Positions 1-9,860 of a DNA stretch of 64,000 nt are shown one piece after another. The position numbers and the translations under genes are program-made. The stretch's first letter is position 1. Every line of letters starts with the position of its first letter. The notes below the pieces were generated by a model. It saw only the letters and a list, made by a program, of their open reading frames with translations. It ran no database searches and had not been told where the DNA came from. Origin of the DNA: an uncultured Erysipelotrichaceae bacterium. Lineage in GTDB: Bacteria > Bacillota_I > Bacilli_A > RF39 > UBA660. The stretch lies in contig CACZQK010000073.1 in assembly GCA_902783315.1 (NCBI GenBank), positions 2,498 to 66,497 on the forward strand, read 5' to 3'.

Positions 1-236
1 ATGATTATGAAAAATTAAGATTAAGTGGAATCACTACTACAAATCTATATAGTTATGCTCTATGTGAATATATGGTTGAGGATAGAATACCTTTAGAAAA
101 AATAATCTCAATTGGTATAGACAGTGATCACTATAATGGTGATGTAATGGATACAATAGAAAAAGTAAAGAATATTAAAGAATATTACGGAATAGATATA
201 CCTTTTGAAGATATAGGACACAAAAAGTTGATATAA
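1..236 (+). CDS. Partial CDS (C-terminal end, 5' end outside window); hypothetical protein
   Basis: Open frame from window edge to TAA at 234-236 (...DYEKLRLSGITTTNLYSYALCEY...GHKKLI*); no recognisable motif. Confidence 0.35.
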   Translation, partial: DYEKLRLSGITTTNLYSYALCEYMVEDRIPLEKIISIGIDSDHYNGDVMDTIEKVKNIKEYYGIDIPFEDIGHKKLI

Positions 237-632
237 AGTTAGAGATAATTAATAGATAATACAGAAAGCAACATACTAGTTGGGATTTAGTTCTAATCCG
301 AAAACATTAGATCGTTTAATATATAGGAAATATTTTTAATGCTGAAACAAGGTTAGAGTACTTAACGCTATACTGATACAATTTATTGCAAATCATAACA
401 GTTTTAGAGAGAAAATAATTAAAATGGAAATAAGAAAAAAGTCAATCAATCAAATCTCAATCTAGAAGAATCAATAAAGTTTATTTTGATTAACCAATTA
501 AATTTAAAGTGAGAAAAGAAATTAGTTAAAAATATAAGAATTTAATGGTAGTATATAGTTTTTCGTGATACTTATGGAATGAAAAAATCTGTTTTTTATA
601 TAATATTGCATACTTATGAGGGGGATAATTGC

Positions 633-1376
633 ATGGCTATTGAAAATGAAAATAAAAGAAAATTGGAAAATATATTAAATAAGTATAAATTAAGTCTCGA
701 AGAAAAAGAAGAGCTTATTAATATGATAAGAACAATATATATTCATGATGAATTTCAAAGGAGAATGACTAGTGAGTTTAAGCATCATGGTGAAATTACT
801 TTAGGAACTCATATACTAGAGGATACAGTTGTAACTTATTTGTTATCAAAAAAACATTTAAATAAAAGTAAAACCTTTAATTATAGTATGGATTCAGCTG
901 TAAAAATTGCAATGTTACATGATTTATATACATTACCATGGCAGAATAATCCAGATGCAGGAACAAGAGATTTCTTTAATGGACATGGATTTAGACATCC
1001 AATAGAATCGGTAATTAATGCTATTGCCTGGTATCCTGAATTATTTAATGATGAGAATTCTAAAATAATAATAGATGGTATAGTTCACCATATGTTTCCA
1101 TTGCCTGTAATAGCTTTTGAAATTGATACGAATAATAAAAACGAATTAAAAAATTTTGAATTAGTTAATAGATTAAGTGAAGAAAATATACAATTATTAA
1201 TAGAAAGTTCAAATAGGAATAGAATTGGATTGATTTCATTTAGTAGAAGTTTATATCCTGAAGGAAGAATTGTGTCTTTGGCAGATAAAACAGTATCTAT
1301 AAATCAAATTAAGAATTGGGACAGTGTTGCTGCACTAGTTACAGGACACAACAAGACTCTTTTAAGAAAAAAATAA
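633..1376 (+). CDS. HD-domain phosphohydrolase (track ORF starts at 579; ATG 633 has the better RBS GAGGGGGA)
   Basis: H...HD-type metal-binding motifs (HHGEITLGTHILED, MLHDLYTLPW, IVHHMFP); RBS before ATG 633. Confidence 0.55.
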   Translation: MAIENENKRKLENILNKYKLSLEEKEELINMIRTIYIHDEFQRRMTSEFKHHGEITLGTHILEDTVVTYLLSKKHLNKSKTFNYSMDSAVKIAMLHDLYTLPWQNNPDAGTRDFFNGHGFRHPIESVINAIAWYPELFNDENSKIIIDGIVHHMFPLPVIAFEIDTNNKNELKNFELVNRLSEENIQLLIESSNRNRIGLISFSRSLYPEGRIVSLADKTVSINQIKNWDSVAALVTGHNKTLLRKK

Positions 1377-1557
1377 TAAGTGAGTTTGACTTTTTAAAGT
1401 TTTGGATTATTCTATTTATAGGAATTAGTTGTATTGATAACTTTCTTTAAAAGAGTAGGTTTTAATTCTTTTAGGTAAGAAGAATTATTACATGCTGTGA
1501 GATATCCCTTCGAGTAATGGAGAGATATCTTTTTTCATATAAAAAATCAAAAAAAGG

Positions 1558-1608
1558 TTGACTTCATACTATGTTATTAGTAAAATGTTAATAACAAGCA
1601 AACGCTTG
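1558..1608 (+). promoter_or_regulatory. Consensus sigma-A promoter (TTGACT-N17-TAAAAT) overlapped by an inverted repeat TGTTATTA-N8-TAATAACA and a second palindrome ACAAGC-AAAC-GCTTGT; putative operator
   Basis: -35 at 1558-1563, -10 at 1581-1586 with exact 17-nt spacer; A-tract upstream; motif recurs at 18667-18719. Confidence 0.55.
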
Positions 1609-1718
1609 TATTGATTAAAAGATATGTTTTTAACATGACGATAATAAGAATTTTTGAGAGGCTATAGTTTTATGATGAAGTGTATTAGAGGATACAAATT
1701 TGTAAGGAGATGGTCAAT

Positions 1719-2080
1719 TTGAAACATATTATAATTGCTGGATGTTTGAGAACTGGTAAAACAAGACTTTCCGGTTTATTTGAAGATGGTGGTTACATTT
1801 AAATAATACTATAATAGTATTTTTAGGATATCAAAATGTAGACAAACATAAAAAACTGTGTGCTATAAAGAAATATGATAAAAAGGGAGTATGGACTTTT
1901 TCTAAAAATGATAATGAATTACTTAATCACATCGAATTAGAAATTAAATATAGTATAGAAGCAAAAGAAAAATGTTGTTTATTAGGAATACCGTTTTTTG
2001 ATACTAGTTATGATTTTAATAAAGCTATAAATGATGCTTACAGTTATATAAAAAGTGAACTTGTTAAAGGAGATAATTAA
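1719..2080 (+). pseudogene. Frameshifted, truncated dNMP-kinase-like P-loop NTPase (paralog of the genes at 43384-44477)
   Basis: TTG-initiated LKHIIIAGCLRTGKTRLSGLFEDGGYI* (Walker A) stops at 1800-1802. The +2 frame continues open from 1784 to TAA 2078-2080 (…GIPFFDTSYDFNKAINDAYSYIKSELVKGDN). Its tail resembles the C-termini of the 43384 and 43932 proteins. Confidence 0.4.
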
Positions 2081-2082
2081 AA

Positions 2083-3330
2083 ATGACGCATTGGCGAGAA
2101 GAAAGAAAAATTGCAAGAAAAACGAATAAACCTTCTAAATTTCTTGAACATCAAAATTATTTGGTTCGTGAAGGCTTATTAAATAATCCAAACACAACTT
2201 TTGAAATGCTAGAAGTATTATCACAGGATGATAGTGTACAAATAAGAGAAAAATTAGCAAAGAAGTTTGTTGAAAATGCCATTAATGACAGGAATTGGCG
2301 TGTTCGATATGCGGCAATTAATGATAACCTAGAACTTTCATGTGAAATTCTTGAAAAATTATTGAGTGATAAGGATATCCGTGTCAGAAAAAAGGCAAAC
2401 CAACTTTTAAAAATACAAAAAGAGTATGTTTATCGAGAAGATTTTGATAATGCAATTACAATAAAGCTTGTTATTCCAGGCTCATGTAATGCTAATTGTA
2501 GTTTCTGCTATAACAAACATAGTAATAAAATGGAAAAATGTACTGCAGAATTAAAGCAATATTGGCTTGATAATTTTTTGTTATCACTTGAACAAATTAT
2601 TCTTAAAATTGATAAAAAACAACCTATATCTATTGATATAACAGGTAATGAGCCTACTTTAGATACCAATTTTTTTATTCAGGTTATGCATAAATTAAGG
2701 GGTTTTTCATTAAGGAATGAAGTAAGTAGAATAACTTGTACCACGAATGGTATAGGTCTTAAAAAAGTTGCTCCATTTATGAAGGGAGTTGTAAATTATG
2801 TTAATATTTCTGTTCACGACTATAATCAAGAAAGAAGAAAACAAATATTTGGTACTTATTTTCCAACAGATAAATATTATGAGAATGCTGTTCAACTATT
2901 ATTAGATAATGGTATTCATGCTTCGGCAATTGCAGTTGTTAGTGAGGAAATAAGTAATTTTTCTTCTTGGAGAGATTCTTTTATAAAGTGGGCTGATAAG
3001 ATTGGATTTGTTAGTTTAAGATTTAGGTATGATGTGTATTGCAATAATAATAGTTTTTTAAATTATATGAATAATACTATTAATGATAAAGCGTTTTATA
3101 CTATACAAAAAGAGAATACACCTGATTCAAATTGGTGCCAATTATCTACAAAAGACGGATTCATGGTTTTTTTTCTAAAAGGTGTTATTGATACATATAA
3201 GGTATCTCCTGGAATTGAATTTATTGTTCACGATGATGGAAAAGCATATGCTGATTTTAATAAAAGCGTGCTATTTGAGGAATATGATTTTCCGGTTGGA
3301 TATATTTTTGATAAAAAGTCTATTAAATAA
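2083..3330 (+). CDS. Radical SAM enzyme with an N-terminal HEAT/PBS-lyase-like repeat domain (novel fusion; function unknown)
   Basis: CNANCSFC (CxxxCxxC) at about aa 136-143, ITGNEPTL (GGEP-like SAM motif), TCTTNGIGL (ribose motif), NISVHD; N-terminal 130 aa carry repeated D..VR...A motifs (DDSVQIREKLA, DRNWRVRYAAIN, DKDIRVRKKANQLL); RBS AAAGGAG. Confidence 0.75.
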   Translation: MTHWREERKIARKTNKPSKFLEHQNYLVREGLLNNPNTTFEMLEVLSQDDSVQIREKLAKKFVENAINDRNWRVRYAAINDNLELSCEILEKLLSDKDIRVRKKANQLLKIQKEYVYREDFDNAITIKLVIPGSCNANCSFCYNKHSNKMEKCTAELKQYWLDNFLLSLEQIILKIDKKQPISIDITGNEPTLDTNFFIQVMHKLRGFSLRNEVSRITCTTNGIGLKKVAPFMKGVVNYVNISVHDYNQERRKQIFGTYFPTDKYYENAVQLLLDNGIHASAIAVVSEEISNFSSWRDSFIKWADKIGFVSLRFRYDVYCNNNSFLNYMNNTINDKAFYTIQKENTPDSNWCQLSTKDGFMVFFLKGVIDTYKVSPGIEFIVHDDGKAYADFNKSVLFEEYDFPVGYIFDKKSIK

Positions 3331-3791
3331 AGTAATTTATTTTGTTTGATGATATGGTACGCGATTGTTTTGTTGTAACTAACTATATAGCAGTAATTTA
3401 CTAGATATTGGTTAGATTCATATTATTTAAGTTTCAGTAAAATAATTCTTGACATAGAAAAAGTGAATTTGTATTTTCTACAGATTCGCTTTTTTGTCTT
3501 AAAAATAAGGTAGCAATTCTCTAGTATTTAGTATAATTTAGCTATCTAAAAAATAATAGTAAACAAAAATAAAAGTTTGTCTTATGAAAAGAAATTTATT
3601 ATATTTTTCTAATTTTATACAATATTGATTATCGATAAAAGATATTATATGATCTTGGGAAGAAGTTAAATGGGTTTGTAGATGCTTTTTATAATGACAA
3701 ACTCTATAAAAAATCTTTATTGATAATGTAAAAAAATAAAAAAATATATCTTAGATAATTGCTGATAAAATTGTAGATAGGTAGGATTATT

Positions 3792-4025
3792 GTGGATTTT
3801 GAAAATGTAAGCATAGCAAGTGAAAAAAACACAAGATATTCAGTAAATGAAAAAGAAATGCAAATACGAGTAACTTGTTTGGATGGTACTGTGCAGTTAA
3901 TTTCATATGCTGATTTTGAACAAGATAAGCGTAAAACACTACGAAGTACTAAAGCCTTGTTAGCGGCTTATGTAGGTTCAGCGGTTGTAGTAACTCTTCT
4001 TCTATACTTTTTTGGTGGTTATTAG
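3792..4025 (+). CDS. Small hypothetical protein with C-terminal TM helix (GTG start)
   Basis: RBS GTAGGA 5 nt before GTG; 77 aa; C-terminal hydrophobic segment. Confidence 0.3.
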   Translation: MDFENVSIASEKNTRYSVNEKEMQIRVTCLDGTVQLISYADFEQDKRKTLRSTKALLAAYVGSAVVVTLLLYFFGGY

Positions 4026-4391
4026 AATATAGTACTAATCATAATATACTTTTACCTTGTTTTGTCTTTGATTCTGCTATGTATTTTGAGTACCAAGGTT
4101 ATTTAGAATTTAGTAAAATAAAAGCGTCTGAAAAAGAGAAAAACTATATGAGTCATGCAACCACAGAGATATTTCTTTTAAAATAAGTAGATTAAATATC
4201 TACTTTTTATCTGTTTTAATAAAGAATGATATTTATAAAATGTTTTTTAATTATTAGTTTTTCTGTTATAATTATATTTAGGAATGGTATGACGAAAAAA
4301 ACAACAAGTGCTTCTTGTATATTGTTGTGACAAATTAGAGTGTAATATACAAATGCTACAGTTTTATGAATAAAATAAGGAGAATAGGAAA

Positions 4392-5168
4392 ATGAATAAT
4401 GAAGTAAATAATGGAAAAATTAAGAATATTATTATAATTATATTAGTTGCATTATTGATAATCGCATCAGGATTTATTTACTATGATAAAATTTTTTCTA
4501 ATAAAAAATCAGTTTGTGAAAAAAAATGCCCTGTTTGTGAAAAATGTAATAGTAAATCAGAAATTATTGGTACTTCTTGGTACATTAATCAATATGAGAA
4601 ATTAGTAGAAAAATATATGATGGGGAATCCTCCTACAAATTGTAGTACAATAGAAATATTTGCTAATGACAAAGTAGTAAAGGCAAATGACATTTCGAAT
4701 TTGTATGCTGCTAATACTGTAATACTAAATTTAGAAAACTTACCTAATACTATCAGTTTAGAAGAATTTGATAACGAAATAAAAAAACTATTTGGTAGTG
4801 ACTATGTTTTTAATCCTGAAACTCTTGTTGATAAGGCAGAATTAGCAGAATATAAATATAGTGATAAAGTGTTTATAAAGAGGTCTAATAATTGGGGAGG
4901 AACCTGTGGGCCAACATCAAGTTATAAAGTGGTCGATTTCAAAAAATATGATAATGTCTTAGAAGTATATCTACGTGTTATATTTGCTGGACTAGATGAA
5001 GAAGGTCTTTATATTAATAAATACTATTCAGATTATAATCGTACTAATTTAATTGTGAGTGATAGATATCCTGATGAAGACGAATATAAAAAAGGTGATT
5101 TATATAAATTAACATTTAATACGGATAGTGTAAATTATAAGTTTATTTCATCTGAATTGTCGAATTGA
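4392..5168 (+). CDS. Membrane-anchored extracytoplasmic protein, hypothetical
   Basis: Strong RBS AAGGAGAATAGG; N-terminal TM anchor (IIIIILVALLIIASGFIYY) followed by a Cys-rich segment CEKKCPVCEKC. Confidence 0.55.
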   Translation: MNNEVNNGKIKNIIIIILVALLIIASGFIYYDKIFSNKKSVCEKKCPVCEKCNSKSEIIGTSWYINQYEKLVEKYMMGNPPTNCSTIEIFANDKVVKANDISNLYAANTVILNLENLPNTISLEEFDNEIKKLFGSDYVFNPETLVDKAELAEYKYSDKVFIKRSNNWGGTCGPTSSYKVVDFKKYDNVLEVYLRVIFAGLDEEGLYINKYYSDYNRTNLIVSDRYPDEDEYKKGDLYKLTFNTDSVNYKFISSELSN

Positions 5169-5214
5169 TTAAATAAGGGTATGTGAGTATCATTATATTG
5201 AAAGGAAGTAATTT

Positions 5215-6102
5215 ATGACAAGTAAATTTGCAATAATAGAAATTGGTAGTTATAATACCAAAACGCATATTTATGAAAAAGGTATGTTAATTTCTGATAA
5301 TACTGCTACTATTAAATTTAAATCGGGCTATGAAAAAAACAGTAAAATATTAAAAGAAGATTTAGAATTGTTGTATAAACAAATAGAAAAGACATTAGAA
5401 TACACTAATAATGTTCACATATATGGTTGCAGTATTTTTAGAAACATTTCTAAGAAAGAACTTGCTGAGATTAACCAAACTATTTATGATAGATATAAAT
5501 TAAAGATTGAAGTTGTAACACAAGAAGATGAGGCTAAATATACAGCATTAGGTTGCTATAGTGATCTGAATTATTCGGGAAATGTTTGCGTATTTATAGG
5601 TGGTGGAGGTTCTATTGAATTAGTATTTGTTAATCAAAAAAAGATAATTGATAGGTATTTTTATAATTTTGGTGTTGTAGATGTTACAAATAAATATAAA
5701 AGTTTAAAGGATGATATACCAACATGTACTTTTGACGAAGTATATGATTATGTTGATGCTCTCATTAATAATATAAAAACAAAGGCGGATGTTTTAATTT
5801 TAGCGGGAGGAGATCATATTTATTGGTATAATAATGCAGGATATAAATTGTTGAAAAATACATTATATAAAAATGAAAAGCAAAAATATATGATAACAAA
5901 AGAAATGAGTGATCAATATGATAGAAATGCTTTTGTAGCATCTTTGAAAATGATTCGTAATAATAGTGATAATCCAAGTTGGTTTGATGGATCAAGGGCT
6001 ATGAAAGTAATTACTAATTTAATATCTACTAGAATAGATGCTAAATATATTATTCCAACAAGTATTAATATGGAGGATGGAATAAAAGATATATTGAAAT
6101 AG
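5215..6102 (+). CDS. Ppx/GppA-like (ASKHA fold) phosphatase family protein
   Basis: N-terminal FAIIEIGSYNTK and internal VFIGGGGSIELV glycine-rich motifs, typical of the Ppx/GppA actin-like fold. Confidence 0.5.
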   Translation: MTSKFAIIEIGSYNTKTHIYEKGMLISDNTATIKFKSGYEKNSKILKEDLELLYKQIEKTLEYTNNVHIYGCSIFRNISKKELAEINQTIYDRYKLKIEVVTQEDEAKYTALGCYSDLNYSGNVCVFIGGGGSIELVFVNQKKIIDRYFYNFGVVDVTNKYKSLKDDIPTCTFDEVYDYVDALINNIKTKADVLILAGGDHIYWYNNAGYKLLKNTLYKNEKQKYMITKEMSDQYDRNAFVASLKMIRNNSDNPSWFDGSRAMKVITNLISTRIDAKYIIPTSINMEDGIKDILK

Positions 6103-6725
6103 ACTAAGATATTTAATATTCAAATATATAGTTTTCTGCAACTTTAGCGAGAAAGTAAAATATGGTTAAAAAGAATTGATAAACTAAATATCATTTATAA
6201 TGGAGATTTGATTATTGGTAATTTAACAAAAAAATAAAAAAGTATGAAAAGTTTTTTAGAAATAGGAATTTGAATGTTTTCTTTGATAGTGATATATATT
6301 TCATTACTAGTATTGATGAGAATGCTTCTATAATTAAGACTTCTAAAACTAAATATTTATGTTTGATATATGCAAAAAAGACTAATAAATGGATAGTTAA
6401 ATAGTATTTTTGCTAAATACATAAGAATTGCTACTAATTATGTATGTATTATATTAAATAATAAGGATAAGCTTAATACAATAATGATTTAGAAAATAGA
6501 TAGAAAAGTGGTATGTCATGTCAGATACTTATTTAGTGGAGTTGTGTATGTAGAAAGCAAAAATACTAACAAGTAGTAAGGAATCTTCCCATAATTTTTC
6601 TCAAAAGAGTATCAACGATGGCTAGCGATGGTGAAGCTAATATTTCATGTTTTTAACTATTATTTTTAAATTAATTATATATTTGAAAATAAATATGATA
6701 AAATAAGATCGTTGAGGTGATAAAT

Positions 6726-9080
6726 ATGGATTATGCACTTGAGAGTGGGAAAACAAAACAAGCTTATGATATGGCAATTATTGATGCTTTTAGGGCACAA
6801 TATGGTCATGAATTGTCTTTTTTGGTGGGGGATGGTCAAAAATCGCCTGAGAATTATGGAAAAAATGATAGAAATACTTATGGTGCAATTTATTATCCAG
6901 AAGAGGCCACTATTAATTATGATAATGTTAAAGAATGGAACAGGACAATCTTAGGTCTCTTACTATTTCACTATTTAAAAGATGGTAAGTATGAAAACTT
7001 TATTCAATTACAAAAAGATGAAGATTTTCAAGGGGATGTTTTATCTAAAGAATCATTTGAGTATCTTAGTAAATTTATGATTGATAATTTTGATACTAAG
7101 GAAAAAGAAAGTTTGCTTTTATATTATATGGTCATCAACGATTTAGGAAAGAGTCAGAAAGTAAAAGATATTTTATCTGAATATGGAATTGTATCAGAAA
7201 ATCATGATAGGCTGTTATCTTATTTGGTAAGTTCTGGAAACAGCGAATTAATAGGTAGAATAATGCCTGGATTTTACTCATTCAATGATGAAAGTAAGCA
7301 AAAACTAATTGATGTTTTATCGTATGGCATAAATGTGGGACAATGTATTCAAGGCGAATGTCCGGGATATATGTTTAATAATCTTGAAAGTCTATCTCTT
7401 GATGCTAGATTATTGATGTTTGGGGAGGCTATATTAGATATTGGTGGTGTTAATGGTCATGGTACTAATTTTAAAGGGACGTCTATTTTAACTGAATCTA
7501 TGACTGAAAATTTTATAACTGCTGTAGATGCTATCGAAACTTGCTCGAAAGTAGAAGATATATATGATACATATTTAGCTCAAAGAGCTAATATGATGCA
7601 GATACAAACTACTGATCTATTATTAAGAAAAGCTATTACTAGAATTTGTTTAATGATGCGCTTATTTAAAAAAGAAGATTTTTATGTGGTTGAAAATGAA
7701 ATTTTTAATAATAGAGATAGATATGCGTTTTTAATTAATGAATTAAATAAGACTGGTTATGAGGGAGAACCTGCAATTTTGTTATATTATGCGCCATCTT
7801 TATTGAGTAATGCTAAAAAGTACTATAGTAATAATGAGACTAGGGTGGCATCTGAAAATCCTATAGTTTCTTCTTTAAAAATTTGTTTACCGTTTATGCA
7901 AAATATAATGATGGAAGCAAGAATGAAAAATAATAGCATTGGTAATGGTATAATGGAGATTATGCTTGAAAAACCAGTAAAGGCTTTTGAAGTGGATCCT
8001 AAATTATTATTTGACATGAAATTAAGTATTATAAATGAATATGAAGGAGTTGTTAAAAAACCTGCCAAGGTTTTAATGTTTAGTCATGTGAGTGATATTG
8101 ATGGTTTGGGAGCAGTTGTTCTTGCACAACTTGCATTTGGAACTGATGATGTTGACTATGTACTTGTGAATGATCCAAACAATTTAAGAGAAATTGTAGA
8201 AAATAAATTAAACAGTGGAGAATTGTCTATATATGACATGATTTTTATTACTGATTTAGCGTTAAAAGATCCAACACTTAATGAAGTGGCTAAAAGTGAT
8301 ATAAAAGATAAAATTCAGATTTTTGATCATCATCAAAGTGCAATCGCTGATGGTTTGGATAGATATCCTTTTACTACTATTATAGAAAAGTTTGAAGATG
8401 GAGAAAAAACATGTGGTACTTCTTTGTTTTATGATTATTTAGTAAGACATGGTCTTATACAACGGTCAGCTTCTTTAGATAAATTTGTGGAGATGACTAG
8501 GATAGAGGATAATTTAATATATGAACGGTATGGAGAGTTTGGAGAAAAGGCCCATAATCTTGCTTTACTTCATTCTAAAGAAGAAAATGGTTATATAAGC
8601 GCAATGCGTGATAAATTAAAGAATAATCCAGAAGATTTTACATTTACAAAAAAAGAATTAAATCTTATTAATTCTAGAAAAGAAGAAATCCATAAATATC
8701 TTTCAGAAATTTTAAATAATATGGTGTATATGGTTGATGAAGCTGGGAACAAATTTGGCACTTGTTTTATTGATTATGCTTTTCGTAATGATGTTTTTAA
8801 ATCTATTGTTGCAAGTAATAAAAACGGTGCTGCATATTTAGTATTAGTTTCATTAGATAAAGGCCCATATGGACGAAAATCATATAGAGCTCTTGATGAG
8901 AATGTTGATGTTGGCGAAATTGCAAGATGTCATGGTGGTGGAGGACATGTTGATGCTGCCGGGGTTGGGATAACGGCTGAACAAAGGGCAGCTATTTGTG
9001 AAATGGATGACTCTTTTGCTCTTGAATATCTAGTGAATTCTTGCTATAAGGATGGATATCCTGTATATGTTAAAAAATGA
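6726..9080 (+). CDS. DHH/DHHA1 phosphoesterase with a ~440-aa N-terminal domain of unknown function (track start GTG 6717; ATG 6726 after RBS GAGGTGA)
   Basis: C-terminal half has DHH motif I (HVSDIDGLGAVV), motif III (IFDHHQS) and the DHHA1 GGGH motif (HGGGGHVDAAG); N-terminal half has no recognisable motif. Confidence 0.7.
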   Translation: MDYALESGKTKQAYDMAIIDAFRAQYGHELSFLVGDGQKSPENYGKNDRNTYGAIYYPEEATINYDNVKEWNRTILGLLLFHYLKDGKYENFIQLQKDEDFQGDVLSKESFEYLSKFMIDNFDTKEKESLLLYYMVINDLGKSQKVKDILSEYGIVSENHDRLLSYLVSSGNSELIGRIMPGFYSFNDESKQKLIDVLSYGINVGQCIQGECPGYMFNNLESLSLDARLLMFGEAILDIGGVNGHGTNFKGTSILTESMTENFITAVDAIETCSKVEDIYDTYLAQRANMMQIQTTDLLLRKAITRICLMMRLFKKEDFYVVENEIFNNRDRYAFLINELNKTGYEGEPAILLYYAPSLLSNAKKYYSNNETRVASENPIVSSLKICLPFMQNIMMEARMKNNSIGNGIMEIMLEKPVKAFEVDPKLLFDMKLSIINEYEGVVKKPAKVLMFSHVSDIDGLGAVVLAQLAFGTDDVDYVLVNDPNNLREIVENKLNSGELSIYDMIFITDLALKDPTLNEVAKSDIKDKIQIFDHHQSAIADGLDRYPFTTIIEKFEDGEKTCGTSLFYDYLVRHGLIQRSASLDKFVEMTRIEDNLIYERYGEFGEKAHNLALLHSKEENGYISAMRDKLKNNPEDFTFTKKELNLINSRKEEIHKYLSEILNNMVYMVDEAGNKFGTCFIDYAFRNDVFKSIVASNKNGAAYLVLVSLDKGPYGRKSYRALDENVDVGEIARCHGGGGHVDAAGVGITAEQRAAICEMDDSFALEYLVNSCYKDGYPVYVKK

Positions 9081-9111
9081 TAAAACGAGATATGGAAGAT
9101 TGGGGGAAGCT

Positions 9112-9669
9112 ATGAATATAAAAATAGATAATATTACTGATAAAAAGAAATATTTGGATGAGTCAATGTATATTAGTCTGTATATTCGTAAAATAATGAA
9201 AAATAGAAATAAAAAAATAAAACTTTATACAAGAAAATTATTGGAAACAATTATTCTTTCCATTATGATTATTGCCTTTTTGATTTTTATTTATGTATCT
9301 AGTGAATATATGAGAGTGTCTTGTATATGTTTAATCGCAATATATACATATATTTTTTTGTTGTATTTGATAAAACTAATAAAAACACATAAATTCTTAA
9401 AAAGACGATGCCAAGAAAAAACAGATTCTATTATAAAAATTAGTGATAAAAAAATAGTGTTAAAAAATAGCAATATTGGAATGTCGGTAGAGCAGGATTG
9501 GAAAGATATTTGTTTTATTAAAGAATCTAAATATTGTATTATATTTATCAATAATCAAGAAAATCAATTAAAACCATATATTGGAATTCCTATTGAATAT
9601 AAAAGTGAGTTAATGAAAGCGATTGAAAAATACAATATAGAAATACCTATAATACAAACTAAAAAGTAA
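9112..9669 (+). CDS. YcxB-like membrane protein (hypothetical)
   Basis: RBS GGGGGAAG before ATG 9112; two TM helices then a C-terminal globular domain; the track ORF from 9052 lies upstream of the best RBS. Confidence 0.45.
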   Translation: MNIKIDNITDKKKYLDESMYISLYIRKIMKNRNKKIKLYTRKLLETIILSIMIIAFLIFIYVSSEYMRVSCICLIAIYTYIFLLYLIKLIKTHKFLKRRCQEKTDSIIKISDKKIVLKNSNIGMSVEQDWKDICFIKESKYCIIFINNQENQLKPYIGIPIEYKSELMKAIEKYNIEIPIIQTKK

Positions 9670-9860
9670 TATCTAAAAGTTTTTAAAAATATCAATAGAA
9701 AGAGATAGTAAGTTTTGCAAAGCTAAGGCTTCTTTTATAGCGTTTTTTTTGCTTATCAGTAAATGACTTTGGTATAGTGAAGAGTGCTATTCAATTGTTG
9801 TAATTGGGGATTTATATATTATCATTAGAGGATGCTTGTTCTTCAGAAGGGAGAAAAAAT

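Noticed and set aside
2710-2895. Numerous short ORFs in the six-frame track lying inside or antisense to confident genes (e.g. 2710-2895, 5765-5995, 6733-6954, 7823-8068, 9291-9551, 9787-10044, 11707-12015, 12663-12944, 13169-13354, 15527-15736, 19172-19360, 20439-20666, 23954-24205, 25816-26076, 35055-35513, 36057-36308, 36528-36740, 39376-39630, 42146-43019, 44110-44337, 44769-44966, 46842-47033, 48113-48595, 50657-51053, 51888-52161, 54706-54912, 55392-55661, 58715-58927, 60378-60584, 62765-62965)
   Set aside because: Low-complexity I/L/F/K-rich translations typical of spurious frames in AT-rich DNA. They have no RBS and fully overlap well-supported genes on the other strand or frame.
2083-3330. 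Firm assignment of the radical-SAM protein as a prokaryotic viperin
   Set aside because: The CN..C.FC motif and the kinase neighbour fit, but the same cluster context occurs in MoaA, QueE, PFL-AE and anSME families. Viperin-specific C-terminal CTP-binding residues cannot be verified by eye. I keep it only as a hypothesis inside the finding.
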